In this document: one piece after another, positions 12,684 through 26,006 of the stretch
How the letters are laid out: every line of letters begins with the position of its first letter
How positions within the stretch are numbered: the first letter of the stretch is position 1
Assembly: GCF_006345805.1 (NCBI RefSeq)
Contig: NC_042998.1
Span: forward strand, 37,138,001-37,202,000
Direction: 5' to 3'
Length of the DNA: 64,000 nucleotides
Origin: Octopus sinensis
Lineage: Eukaryota
Program-made: the position numbers and the translations under genes
The notes under the pieces: generated by a model
What the model was told of the DNA's origin: nothing
The model's database searches: none
The model's input: the letters and a program-made list of their open reading frames with translations, nothing else

Positions 12684-13229
12684 TATATATACGCATAAAA
12701 GTAACTGTTTTTCGGCTAATTTGGAATTTCTAGAAACCCATTTTTCGACCGACAAATAACACAGCATTATATTTTACCAGTCGTTTATCAATTTCATATT
12801 ATTTACTGCGGTAATATTCACTTGATGATTTATAATACAATACTGACAAACTATCCATATTCTTTCCATTTCGATGCAGATAAACAAAACTGTTGGTTAC
12901 TTAATATGTCTTCCGATGTATGTTTGTGTGAAGACTACCTAGGCCAGCGATCCTATAAAACCTAGAGACCTTTTATATGGAAGAGGTTATCACTGGTTTC
13001 GTAATTTTAGTCCGCAGAATAAAGATTCATCTCAACGTCAGCGGCTCAAATGCTTTCAGCAAACTGGCCATCAGCGGAAATCAGTCAATAACATTCTGAC
13101 GGTTTTTATAAGCACTATACAAAATAATAAATCTTAGATTTCAAGTCTTTTTAGAAAGCATTTTCCACTTCTCTGTATTTCGTCCCCCACCCCAAGCTGT
13201 GTACCGCCTTAAATTATTTGCCATAGATG

Positions 13230-13460
13230 TAGGAGACAGACATAAAGATGCTTTGCCTACAGAGAATTTGTGAATTCTTGAAAAGTGTAAACCGCCTTGG
13301 AAGGCCTATTCTACACCATATTTTCCGAAGTCTCAATGATTGTCAACGGTCGGTAAAGAGACCTTATGGAATACCATGCAAATTTACTTCTCTCAGCAGG
13401 TTCCTTATCATGATCCAAAAGTTCCACGATGGTCTAATGGCCTGCACAGATGTATTTAAA
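13230..13460 (+). mobile_element. RTE-clade LINE RT remnant
   Basis: NRLGRPILHHIF...SRFLIMIQKFHDGLMA resembles the RTE RT segment RPLYITF...KFL.MI..FH.GM.A. Confidence 0.5.
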
Positions 13461-13840
13461 TATGTAAATTTTAATTTACAAAATTTCATTAATCTGTATA
13501 AGGCCAGATGGAAATTCTAACAGAAAAAAAAAACATATATAGATAAGGGATGTCCATAAGTAATTTTTTACGAAAACTTAGTTTCATTGCATGAAAAATT
13601 TTGTTAGCCACTGAGTACATAAAGGGTGATAAGTTTTCAAACAAGTTAAACCTGAATATACAGGATAATTTTACACTTAATGATAAAAGAGTTTTAAATC
13701 TAGGCAGCCAATTTTATGTGTGATATAAATAGCAAGCAATTTTGCTATCGACACAAAATAAAATTTAGATACAATAAACCTCATATAATTAACTATATTT
13801 TAACACAGATTCGTTATCACTTGACTACCATTCAGTAATT

Positions 13841-13896
<56 letters not shown>

Positions 13897-14587
13897 CACA
13901 CGCATATATATATACGTTTATATATAGTGAGAATTTACAAAAAAAAATTCATATATATATACACACACAATTCCCCATGAGTTCCTTCAAGGGAAATTCT
14001 TATAAAATGTATCGTAAGTTTTCGTCAATGCATATTTCTAGAGAAGTTTTGACAATGGAGTTTTCTTTCAAATTTAGTATCCTTATATTTAAATTTCTAT
14101 AGATTAAGTTTATGAATTCTAGAACTTGCTTACTCAGTGGCATTTTTCATATATATGGAAGAGGTCATATGTATATATAAAAGTATGAACAAATATATAA
14201 TAACGTACATACACACTCACCCACTCATACGTATACGCACAAGTATTTATCGATCAGTCTATATATTTATCTAGCAAACAAAATGAATATTCATGCACAT
14301 GAATGTGTGTGTATGTACGTATACTTTTAAATATATATGTTTACAATCCAGCCGTCCTTTCACACGGAATTTTGTCTATTTTTAAAACATGACCCTGAAG
14401 TGACTTTATATATAGGGGAACTGTTATTATGTTTGTATATCAGAGAAAATACATCAAAGTCGAAACAATTTGTTGGTCGTTTCTGGTTTTTAATAATTGT
14501 TTGTTATGTTATATTCATAGTATATCACGTAATATTGTAATATAAATAAATTATTGAATTGTCAATAGTATCTCTAATTATCTTTGC

Positions 14588-14953
14588 ATATTACGGAGAT
14601 GTACTTGCATAGCAAGTGACTGGATCTGAGATCGTGTGCTGGACCGAAAGCAATTGCAACGGGGAAGGTGTTTATAAGCCATTTAAGAAACACACAAAAT
14701 CCGTTAGATTCATTTCAACATTTAAATTTAATTTGTCAAATGCAGATGCAGCACGGAATTTTTTCAGTGAAGAGGTCGCGGTGTCAAAGCGACGAAACTA
14801 TTGTGACAAATTTAATTTAAATGTTGAAGTGAATCTAACGGTTTTGTGTGTTTCTTAAATGACTCATAAGCACCTTCCCCGCTGCAATTGTTTTCGTTCC
14901 AGCACATGATCTCAGATCAGGTCACTTGCTATGCAAGTACATCTCCGTAATAT
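14588..14953. mobile_element. Foldback element with about 150-bp imperfect inverted arms and a central HHR-like fold
   Basis: ATATTACGGAGATGTACTTGCATAGCAAGTGAC ... GTCACTTGCTATGCAAGTACATCTCCGTAATAT; right end runs into (TA)n. Confidence 0.85.
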
Positions 14954-15322
14954 ATATATATATATATAGTTGCGTTATATTCGGGGTAGAATACAGTATA
15001 AAGCTCGTACATTCTCTCGTGGTGTCCATCCAGGCTCCAAAACACAATAATATATGTTTTCTTTATATTTTTCTGCTGTAGGCCAGCATAACAATATATT
15101 ACCAACAACTTCACACGGGCTAGTACCATTTTCGAATGTGTGGTTATGAGGCTTACTTATATTTTCTGTGCCTTACGTGAATTAGATGCAAATATGCACC
15201 AAAGCATACACAAGCATATACAAGTAAGTAATAAGGATATGCCTCCAGGTAAACATGCACAAATGTATATACATATATATTTTTCTCTCACACATGCACA
15301 CATATACACTCACCCGTGTGTA

Positions 15323-15357
15323 CAGTAATCTCTCGCCATATCGCGATTCACCTATCG
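15323..15357 (+). mobile_element. Tigger/pogo-type terminal repeat fragment
   Basis: TA|CAGTAATCTCTCGCCATATCGCGATTCACCTATCG resembles Tigger-type ends; no partner end found. Confidence 0.4.
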
Positions 15358-15407
15358 AACACTTAGTACCTCTCGGATTTTTCTGGCTAATATATGTACA
15401 TTTGTAC

Positions 15408-15633
15408 TTTTTACTCTTTTACTCTTTTACTTGTTTCAGTCATTTGACTGCGGCCATGCTGGAGCACCGCCTTTAATCGAGCAAATCGACCCCGAGACTT
15501 ATTCTTTGTAAGCCCAGTACTTATGATATCGGTCTCTTTTTGCCGAACCGCTAAGTGACGGGGACGTAAACACACCAGCATCGGTTGTCAAGCAATGCTA
15601 GGGGGACAAACATAGACACACAAACACACACAC

Positions 15634-15694
<61 letters not shown>

Positions 15695-15782
15695 TACGAC
15701 AGGCTTCTTCAGTTTCCGTCTACCAAATCCACTCACAAGGCATTGGTCGGCCCGGGGCTATAGCAGAAGACACTTGCCCAAG
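15408..15782 (-). mobile_element. tRNA-derived SINE, 5'-truncated
   Basis: Matches the reverse complement of the 34671-35050 copy up to GACACTTGCCCAAG. Confidence 0.9.
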
Positions 15783-16709
15783 ATATCCTCAGTATATTGC
15801 GGGTTTCTCTGGCCAATAAGTATTATTGTTTTTTTTTTCATATTTAATTATTTCTGCGGGAGGTTTTTGAAACGTAACACCTACGATAGTCGAGGAATTA
15901 CTGGAGATGCATACGAAAAATTGTAGAAACACATAACTCAGATTGTGTAATAGCTCAGAATTAAGCAACAAAATCGAAAAGCCTATGTTAAAGAATATAC
16001 ATGGGCAGTTCTTGCCGTCAACATGTCAGATTTTCTACGAGAATATGCAAGCAATTGCATAGATCGATTGCTTCCACTTGCAGTTGAGCAGGACGTATCA
16101 TCTGAAAGAAATAGAGAGTTTCAGAATTTAACATTTCATTTACGTAAAACTAGATCTGTTTATTTTGTAAGTACGATACATACGTGATAACCATCTTAAC
16201 AGGGAATTGTCCAGTAACGTATTAGGATTACTCATATCAATGTATATGAATATGTGTGTGTCTATGTGGGTATGTTTGTGTGCTTTTCTAAACACTTCAT
16301 TTTGACCAGCGTTTACATCACAGAAATTATTGATCTGCATAAAATTTCGAGATAAGCGAGATGGCTCAAATTATTATTACTAGGCTACCTTTATTGGCAG
16401 ACTATAAAATTAGAAATGGTCAAATTTGTGCTGATGTATGTAATGCGTGTATTCAAAAGTTATGCTATATTTTGGTAAATTCTTTGCTCTATCCGTCTAT
16501 TTGTAACAAAAGCAGCCTTGCATTCAAAACAGAGGCCATCGGATTGTACCCTTTGAACTAACCTTTCTGTCATTAGAGGGGAAGAACTCCTTCACTGAAG
16601 ATTCCATTCCATGTTGATTGGTGAAGCATTGTGAACATAGCCAATGTGCTAAGGAAGGGAACAGATAATAATCCTAGCGTGCATAAGCATTAGTTAAACA
16701 ATGGCTAGC

Positions 16710-17160
16710 TTCTGTATTCGAATACAATGTTATGCTCTTCATCTGGTGGAATTACGAAAGGATAATTCACTAAGAGTTCGTACAGGAAGATGGAACCGTC
16801 CATACCAACCTGTACTTCAAAAAACTGGAGCGGATGAATACTATTCTGCGGCAATAATATCCAGTAATGTTTAGCAGAAAACGATCCTTCCTGTAGCAAA
16901 GCAACGCAGGACCGCATACCACTCCAGGAACTGGAGAGTATCGATCTGATGGCATGCACAGCATGTAATGCAGACCTAGCTCCTTCGGATTATTGCTTGT
17001 TTCGATCAATAGCTCACTACCTGCGTTCGCAACACCTCATCAACTAAGAGGAGGGGGAAGCTGCAGTTAAAGAGTTCTACGTCTCGAATGGATTGAACTG
17101 GCATAAGCGTGGGATCAGAGAACTGGAAACAACGTAGCATCATTGTGGACTAAACGATTG
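16710..17160 (+). mobile_element. Mariner (DD34D-type) transposase remnant
   Basis: VMLFIWWNYERIIH*EFV..GTV...LY...LER...KRSFL*QSNAGPHT, then, in a shifted frame, ADLAPSDYCLFRSIAHYL; many stops. Confidence 0.85.
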
Positions 17161-17344
17161 CCTCAACTTAGTAAGTATAGAAGAATACTTCTGTTACCAT
17201 GGGTAATATTAGAAAATGTGGTTTCCATACGATAATTATATTGTAAGGTTGTACAATAAGTTGATGCCACTTCAAAATGATGAGATCAATACTCATTTTG
17301 AAAAGAAACATATTTAATACCATAAAAGGAAATAATACCAAACA

Positions 17345-17496
17345 ATTCCGTACATTATTTACATTTGATGGACTTTTATCCTCATCTTGTTTGTTGGTAA
17401 CACAACTTTTCGGCTGATTTACCCTCCAGCCTTCATCATGTGCCTTGGGGAAATTTCGAACTTGGGTTCTCATTCCTAACGTATTTTTCGATGTTA
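17345..17496 (-). mobile_element. Left (inverted) arm of tRNA-head/HHR composite repeat (family H2)
   Basis: Reverse complement aligns with 18595-18740; HHR-like motif at 17400-17443. Confidence 0.8.
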
Positions 17497-17560
17497 TGGC
17501 GTAGTGGTTAAGGGCGCGAGCTACTAAACCCAAGATTCCGAGTTCGATTCCAGGCAGTAA

Positions 17561-17564
<4 letters not shown>
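17497..17564 (+). promoter_or_regulatory. tRNA-like Pol III head (A and B boxes)
   Basis: A box TGGCGTAGTGG (17497-17507) and B box GAGTTCGATTCC (17540-17551), followed by (AAT)n. Confidence 0.75.
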
Positions 17565-17604
<40 letters not shown>

Positions 17605-17616
17605 TAATAATAATAA

Positions 17617-17618
<2 letters not shown>

Positions 17619-17647
<29 letters not shown>

Positions 17648-18596
17648 AAGAAGAAATCATACCACCTAACAAATGCGAAGAAGAAGAAGAAGAAGAAACA
17701 ACAAAAGCTATAAAACAAATGAAATTCAAACTAAAACTAGAACAGCAAAGAACCATGATAAAGCGATGGCAAGAAAAGCCCCTTCATGGCAAATACTGGA
17801 CTAAACTAAATGCAAAAGAAATAGACAAAGAAAAATCCCAGCAATGGTTGAGAAGCTCAGGACTCAAAACAGAGACAGAGAGATTTTTAATTGCAGCACA
17901 AGACCAAAGCCTCCCCACCAGAAATTACCAAAAACATGCAATGAAAAGAAATATAACAAGTAACTGCAGAATATGTAGAGATGAACAAGAAACAATAAAT
18001 CATATATCTGGCTGCCCAGTCCTGGCTAAAAAGGAATATATTCACAGACACGACAGAGTTGGGACCTGCATACACTGGAAGCTATGCCAACATTATGGAA
18101 TAACAACAGAAAAAAAATGGTATAGGCACACACCAGAAAAGGTCACAGAAAACAAGAAAGCAACCCTACTCTGGGATATGCCAATATATACACGTAGAGA
18201 AATTAAGGCCAACAGACCAGATATATTTGTCAGAGATCATGAAGAAAAAAATGCTTTCTAATTGATGTATCAATGCCAGCAGATGACAACGTGTCTCTAA
18301 AAGAAATTGAGAAATTTTCAAAATACAAAGACATGGAAATCATAGTAGGTGCATTAGGCATGATAAAAAAATATTCAGAAAAATACATAACAAAAACACC
18401 AGGACTTACAAACACATATACCAAACAGAAAATTGCACTACTAGGCACTGCACACATCCTACGCAGAACATTTTCAATACAGTAACCATCAGAGCATCAC
18501 AACAAATCACAGGACATACCCAAGGCACACAGACCTGCACACGGTAGTGAAGTGAAAGCACGCTATAAAAATAAAACTACTGAATAATAATAATAA
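17619..18596 (+). mobile_element. 5'-truncated R4/Dong-type non-LTR retrotransposon (restriction-like endonuclease C-terminus) with (TAA)n tail
   Basis: WQEKPLHGKY, LIAAQDQSLPTRNY, CCHC knuckle CRIC...ETINHISGC, RHD, and RLE motif RPDIFV..(frameshift)LIDVS....KEIEKFSKYKDM; ends GAATAATAATAATAA. Confidence 0.9.
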
Positions 18597-18770
18597 CATC
18601 GAAAAATAACTTGTGAATGAGAACCCGGGTTCGAAATTTCCCCAAGACACCCGATGAAGGCCGGCGGGTATATCATCCGAAACGAAGTGTTAACAACAAA
18701 TAAGATGAGGTCAAATATCCGTCAGTTGTAAATAATGTAGATAATTCCTCATCTCTTAAATATAGAACCG
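18595..18770 (+). mobile_element. Right arm of tRNA-head/HHR composite repeat (family H2)
   Basis: ACAC-CCGATGA-A-GG..CC-GAAAC-GAA-GTGT at 18647-18690. Confidence 0.8.
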
Positions 18771-20429
18771 AATGCCGTACATATTCATTACTGAATACGT
18801 CGCAGTAGCTTCCACCCTGAATATACCTATCACTGTTGCATTTTGTCTATGGAGAACAGTTTATTTCTCAAGTGTATAAACTCGTCTGTAAACACTCCCC
18901 TCATCTCCTCTGTGATACTGTCCCTCTCATCGTGTCTCTGGTACATTTACTAATTGTTTACCACCAAGCTTATCATGTGCACGCATCCCACACCGCTATG
19001 TTAACACTCTCAGTACCTTTCCTCTCTCCCAATGATGTAAAGCTTGACTGGAGTTACCAAGCAAAAAAACAGCCAACCAACCAACGAAACAACTAACTTT
19101 GTATCGGATATATTTTTATAGAGAATTTTGAGAGGATAATAAGAGGAAATTCATTTTGGGACTAGCGTTGATTAATTGTAATGGATTTCACTGAAAGGTT
19201 ATATTTTATGGATCATTTTTAAATGTGAGTAAAGCATTTGGAATCTTTCATCACACATTATGAAAGTGCACACACACACATACACACACACACACGTACA
19301 CATGTATACAAACGCGTATATATATGTATTAACAACAAACATAGCTCTAAGTTACTGTTAATTTGGAAAAACAATTCCTTTAAACAGTTGTCGACAATAT
19401 TCTGTGCAATGAAAATGGTTGATTTGAGTTAAATTAAATATACAGAGGTGCATATAAATGTAACAACACTGTATATCACAATGAAAAGATGCATTCATTT
19501 TATTTCTTCTTGTGTGAAGTAATGCGATTTATTAGAATCTCAAATAAAATTTTAAATTAGACTAGTGGCGACAAATATATTCTTGTACTTGTACGAAATA
19601 TATACCTCAGACATAATCTTTAAAAATAGGATCGAAAACCTGATATTTCTAACTCATTAGTATAGAAATCGCATTTTGGTTACGTAGTAATACTTTGCAA
19701 TAAACTCACATGTATGTGAGTTTATACGGCCACAAATAAGTATGTAAAATAAAATTTAATCGCAAGATGATTTTTTTCATTAACAAACACGACAATAATT
19801 TTGAAGATTTCAACGTGGAACCTGAAATTGATATTCTAATAATATTGTCGAACACATTAGATTTCCAGTTTTGATTATTATTAATTTTATATTTTCTGAT
19901 AAAATTTGAAGTGGATTATATAAAAAAAAACTGTGCGTAGTATGCACTGTAAAACAAAATGAATTATTTAGTAAGAAGTTAGATAAGAATATATATTTCA
20001 TGATTGAGTCATTTTTAAAAGACGTGAAAGAAATATCAAATGATAGAAAAATAATTGCAAGAAGTTGCCTAGAAATGCTATCAACATTTTAAATATATGG
20101 TTAAACTGTTTATGATCAGAAGGAAGACAGCCTACAAAACAGGGTAATATTTAGGCGTCTCTCTCCATGAATTAATAAAATATATATCAATAAAATATAC
20201 GTATATATAAATACGTACTCCTGAAATAAGCGAGACACATCAAATTAAATATGTAAATATTGAATAATTATTCGTTAGCTTTACAAGAATTAGTGAGGGT
20301 ATGTTATATATATTAACACTTGTAAACGGCAACGTACAATTTAACTGTCTTCAGAAAATTATACAATGTCTTTAATAAGTGCTGGCAGTAAAACTTTACA
20401 AGACGGGTGAATGTGTAAGTTGTGCATAT

Positions 20430-20668
<239 letters not shown>

Positions 20669-20917
20669 CGTTGGTATTATGCAAAAGTGTCGTAAGTCCA
20701 AGACTTTGGTTTTTCAGAAAACGAAAAAATAGTTTCACCATTCCATACCAAACGCGTTGTAATACGCTTTGATGACAATTTTTGATATTTTAGCATCTGA
20801 AGCAGCCGGAGAAACGATAGTTTAACCAAAATAAGTGGCTATTGCAAGCAAAAAATAAATATGGAACAAAACGGATTTGGCCAAAGTTGGACATACCACA
20901 GTTTAAGCTAATAGGAA

Positions 20918-20972
<55 letters not shown>

Positions 20973-21030
20973 TTGATGGATAGATATAGAAATATTGATA
21001 TATATATATATACATATATACATACGCATA

Positions 21031-22223
21031 TAGACATGACTGAAGTAAATAGACACACTTATAATCTGAAATTATCTACTAATTATTATAAAGTCAATGT
21101 TTAATATTTCTTAAACATGTCCTTTGTCTTTTTCAATGGAAGGACCCTACTCGGCATGTTAATGATCAGATGACAAATATTCTGTTGCCAAGTTTCATGC
21201 AGTAATCTCAAAATAACTCGCTTTGCAGATGCTCTCTTTTTCTTTTTGTAAAGTGTCCTGTCCATTATATCCCAGATGTGTTCAATAGGGTTCATATCTG
21301 ATGACTGGCTCAGCCATGGATGTTTCTTAATGCCATTCTCATCCAACAAATCTTGTGTCATTTTAATCATGTGACAAAGAACCCTATCTTTCATAAATAA
21401 AGAGTCTTCTTTAATCATTTCACCACTGGAGAAGATTGGAAGGAGTCCTTTCTGCAATACGGACACATATTTATCCGAGTTTATCTTTCTCTCACACTCC
21501 ACCAGTTCTGATCAACCATGCTACAAACTGCCCCTCCCACACCATCATAGAATAACTGCTGGGTTTCATTGTTGGCTGCAATATTTTCACATCAAATCTT
21601 TGATCACACTCTCCAGACCCACGCTCGATCACTGCCAGGAAATCTGGACTCATCACAGAATATTACAGTTTCACCAAGTGCTAGTAGCCTCTCCACTATT
21701 TCACTGTACCAATCTTTTCTTCGCTTGATCCCTGCTGGTCGAAACATTGGCCTCCTTCTTTCTGCTCTGCCATAGTAACAAATTTTGGGGAGATACCTGA
21801 CAGCTGTTCTGGGAGTGATATCAACTTGTTCTGCTATGCCAGAGATCTTGCAACGGGAATTTCCCACCACACTTCTCTTAACAAAGCGAAGCTTCACCTC
21901 AAAAGACCGTGGTTGATGTGCGCGGGGTGATGTAGACTCTTCCTTTTCGGTGAATTGGAATCTATTCACTACAGAAAGCGGGATCCCAAGGTTTTCTGCG
22001 ATTTTACGCTGACTATGTCCACCTTCAGAATGACCCACAATACGGCCTCTTTGAAATTCAAACAGTTCCAAGGCTTCTTTTGTACATAACATGATTAAAC
22101 AATCACATATATACCTGAAATAGAAAAATGTCAATTAATAAAACTATACAAACCATTACAAGTTAGAATATACATAGAAGGATGTTTTATGGTCTGTCTA
22201 TTTATTTCTCACATATCTGTGTA
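21031..22223 (-). mobile_element. Near full-length decayed Tc1 (DD34E) element
   Basis: HTH region FQRGRIVGHSEGGHSQRKIAENLGIP, then VIFCDESRF and PWLSQSSDMNPIEHIW. Imperfect terminal inverted repeats at 21031-21060 and about 22192-22223. Confidence 0.9.
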
Positions 22224-22376
22224 TTATTATGTGTTTGTTAGTGAGTGTGTGGGGGGATATATATTTGTATATATATATATATATAAAGGGAAAGTTTACG
22301 AAAATAAACAAAAGATGAAGGCAGGTGGAGTACAAACAAACAAATGTATTAGTATGGCACTCAGGAATAGAAAATG

Positions 22377-22414
22377 TCTTTTACGTTTCGAGCTTACGCT
22401 CTTCGATAGAAAGA
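22377..22414 (-). ncRNA. Type I hammerhead-like motif within a (TA)n-flanked repeat (about 22285-22480)
   Basis: Minus: TCTTT-CTATCGA-A-GAGC-GTAA-GCTC-GAA-ACGT-A-AAAGA. 5-bp helix I, GNRA-capped helix II, palindromic helix III, GUA site; core has two substitutions. Confidence 0.6.
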
Positions 22415-22517
22415 TACACAGTAAATAACAAGGAGAGACAAAAATGCGTGTAGGAGCTAACGATCTATCATAGCGTCCTGACATATATACATATATATAT
22501 CTATATCTATCTATATA

Positions 22518-22559
<42 letters not shown>

Positions 22560-23059
22560 CATAAAACATTAGAAGTAGTAAACTTTAAGAGCAATTAGCT
22601 AATTTCTTTGGATACGTAAACACGTGAATATACTGTATTTCATAAATGAATTAAGACAGAATTAGTTAAATCAATCATGTCGATATTTTTAAGACCCCAT
22701 GTGTTATTAGATGTACCCAGTGCATTTGCTGGCTCAAGAATCGTAGTGGTGTTACAGAAAGTTCGAGAGTAAAAAAATGGTAGATTTCCTATAAAGGAGT
22801 CAGAGAAATCATTAACAGTAAAATTATTAGACGTGAAAGTGTTCGCTTCAGACGCTCAGAAAGATCAGCGAGACTGTTTGATAGTATTGTTGCCTTTGTA
22901 CATAAATAACAGTGGAGTTTGATGCTCTAAATGCGATGACTATAATCACACATCTTCTGTACCCGACTACATGGTAATTTGTGCAAGAATTGCATATGAG
23001 TACCTATGGAAACTTTGAGATATTTATATGAAACGAAACTAGAATGTTTCACTGTACGT

Positions 23060-23300
23060 ATTACGTTAGCACATATGCTGGAGATAAAAATGAGACGGGA
23101 AAAAGCTTTGGACACCAGTAGATGCAGATGCACTGCGAAATAGTGCGTTGCTAGTATTATGCCACATGTATGAATGGCGACATATGTACATAGACACGGA
23201 TGGAACATGAACATGTGGCTGTGACGAACAGAAGCAAATGTGGAAAGAGGCAATGAAGGCTATTCTGAAGAAGTTCCATATCACAAGGATGTTATAGAAT
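23060..23300 (+). mobile_element. RTE-type LINE 3' remnant
   Basis: DGT*TCGCDEQKQMWKEAMKAILKKFHIT resembles EGTCGRGRPRKTW.EV....LK. Confidence 0.4.
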
Positions 23301-23699
23301 ATTGTTAATATATAACTTAAGATACTCTTGAAAAACTCGGCTGTCGACGCAATCTTGGATTAAAAGGCCATTAAAGAAATTGCGACAGCGACTGTAGGTA
23401 TAATATTGTATGACTGAATCACTAACGCATTATAATCCTTTTAAAGGATCGACGACAGAAAGCATAATGGTATGACCCTCACTCTTCTTCCAGCTCCCTG
23501 CATCACACCACCAGCGTAGCGAAGGATTATATAAGGGTTCTCGGTATTGATGCCCCTACATTAACACTAATTATCAGTATTTAATCAATATCCGACTGCG
23601 TAACGCTCTATGACATGCGATTGATCTTTATAAAGTACCCACCACTGTTAGTCTCATTTCTCTCTAGCCACATTTCTCTCCCGCCAATATGGTACATGC

Positions 23700-23930
23700 T
23701 GTTGATAATATGTTCAAGATACTTTTTTTTTGTTATTGGTGCGTGGCACTACTTATACAGTTTCCTTAGCAACAACAAACATGCAGTTATCACAGTCGCC
23801 TTTCCATTTATTTTCTTCCACTCATATTCTGTCATCCCATTTCCCACTGACTCTCAAATATCTTTTTGACTCTTCTGCTGATGTTGCTGTTTCTTTCACG
23901 CACGCCTTCAACTCTCCCATGATAGGAATG
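23700..23930 (-). mobile_element. LINE AP-endonuclease remnant
   Basis: IMGELKACV (cf. IMGDLNAKVG) ...GKW...EEN...CDNCMFV. Confidence 0.35.
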
Positions 23931-24252
23931 GAGACGAGTAGAAAGACAATTTGTTTTCTAATCTTCTAGGCTACACAGAAAGAGATTTCATATTATTACT
24001 GCGATATAGTGAAGTTAATATATTCTCTGGAAGGCGTCATAGTAAAGGGCACTCAATACGACGAATGGGAACTGGATTCTCAAACCATCCTTACAGAACA
24101 ATCCGTTTCTTCGAAAAAAACAAAACATATTTCAACCAAAAGAGGGCGTCGAAAAGTAAGCAAGCAAGAAACAAATGATTACATGATATTATTCTTACCC
24201 TTAAGTATTTCATGGGATCCATAACACTTTGAAAACGAAGTTAATTATCGAC

Positions 24253-24283
<31 letters not shown>

Positions 24284-24318
24284 ATATGCATGCATACATA
24301 CATACGTATATATATATA

Positions 24319-24385
<67 letters not shown>

Positions 24386-24859
24386 TACATACATACGTAT
24401 ATATATATATATATATATATATTGTATCGTGGGTAAGGCCAAAACAATGCGAAGTAAACGCAAGTTAAATGACAAGAAAGCAAATATTTGTATTTTCAAT
24501 AAATCAACGAATGTTGCCGATATGCGGGTGTGTGAGTGTATAGCGGTAGATGTTAGAATATCTTGTATTAATTCCATTGGCATATTCTAGATTTGGTGCT
24601 TCGTTTCATATCAATATGCTTTGTCAACAACGTATTCTCCTTGTTCGCCTTTATATATTGTTTATTGTTCATCTTTTCGTTCCCTTATGAATTTTCTCGA
24701 CTCCCTTATCTTTATATATGTATGTATGTATGTATGTATATATACACACACACACATACATATACATATATACGTACATAAATACACACACACACACACA
24801 CACATATGTATATATATATATATATATACCGGATTCATTCTTGTTGCTTATTTTTTGTG

Positions 24860-24891
<32 letters not shown>

Positions 24892-24921
24892 CATACATAC
24901 ATTATATACACATACATACAT

Positions 24922-24984
<63 letters not shown>

Positions 24985-26006
24985 AATTAGTAAATAAATG
25001 GCACAACTAAGTACCGATATTTACTGGAAATAGCGAACGTAAAAATACGACGCTAAAGTGTAGCTTCACCGCGTATGTATTAGTAAAAATGCGTGTGTGC
25101 AACAAAATAGAGAAAAAAAACCGTCTTACCTCCAGGGAGAACATCTGAAAGATGAAACACCCGGAAAATGGATAATGTGGTACCTGCAGGTTTCAGGTTT
25201 TGCAAGATATGTCTCTCACCCATATTTGCTTTACCTTCTTCAGCCAAACATATACCAAGACGAAACTACGATGTTACCACGTAAATACCAACACACTCGA
25301 CTGAAATACGGAATGCTAACAGTACGAGAAACGGTGAAGAAGTTTCAAAATATCAGTAATGCAATACAAAGTATTGCCTTCCAGTAAAAAGTAGCCCGTG
25401 AGGGAAAAATACCAACACACTCGACTGAAATACGGAACGCTAACAGTAGAGCAGAAATCTGAGAAATCCACAGAATTCTAAATTTGAATTACAAAACGTG
25501 TTCCTGTTCTTGTGTAACCTCCTGTCTGCTTTATCCAAATGCCCTGCTTTTCAATTTCTTTTAAAGTGTTTTATGACTGCTACATTCACTATTCGTGAAC
25601 TGTTTTCAGGTACTTTGTCATAAAACTTCTTTTTTGTTATTTTTAAATATATCGTAGGTCAACCTTCGTCGTATATGAATTGCGTCCAACTTTTTTTACC
25701 CGGCTCGTTTGTCACAGAATATAATACTTTTCCAACAATTATGTTAACGTCCAATATATTAAATTTTGCTCTTATTAAAATAAAAAAAATTTCAAACTTC
25801 TCTCGCATTAAAATGTCTCACCATTCCGCGAATTATAAGGTGTTATTTCGCTTAATTTGTCAGAATATTAGTTACTGGATTCTGCATGTCAATCAGTAAG
25901 CTGACATGTTTTGTCGCTTGGGAGCTATGTTTTTTTTGTTTCTCATTCAAAACTCCTTTTTCTGTAGTTAAGTCAATCTTGACATATTTATTTGACTGAA
26001 ACTAAT

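Noticed and set aside
17497-17564. Functional tRNA gene (also the heads at 26320-26391 and 37039-37110)
   Set aside because: No complete cloverleaf acceptor stem or terminator; they continue into repeat bodies.
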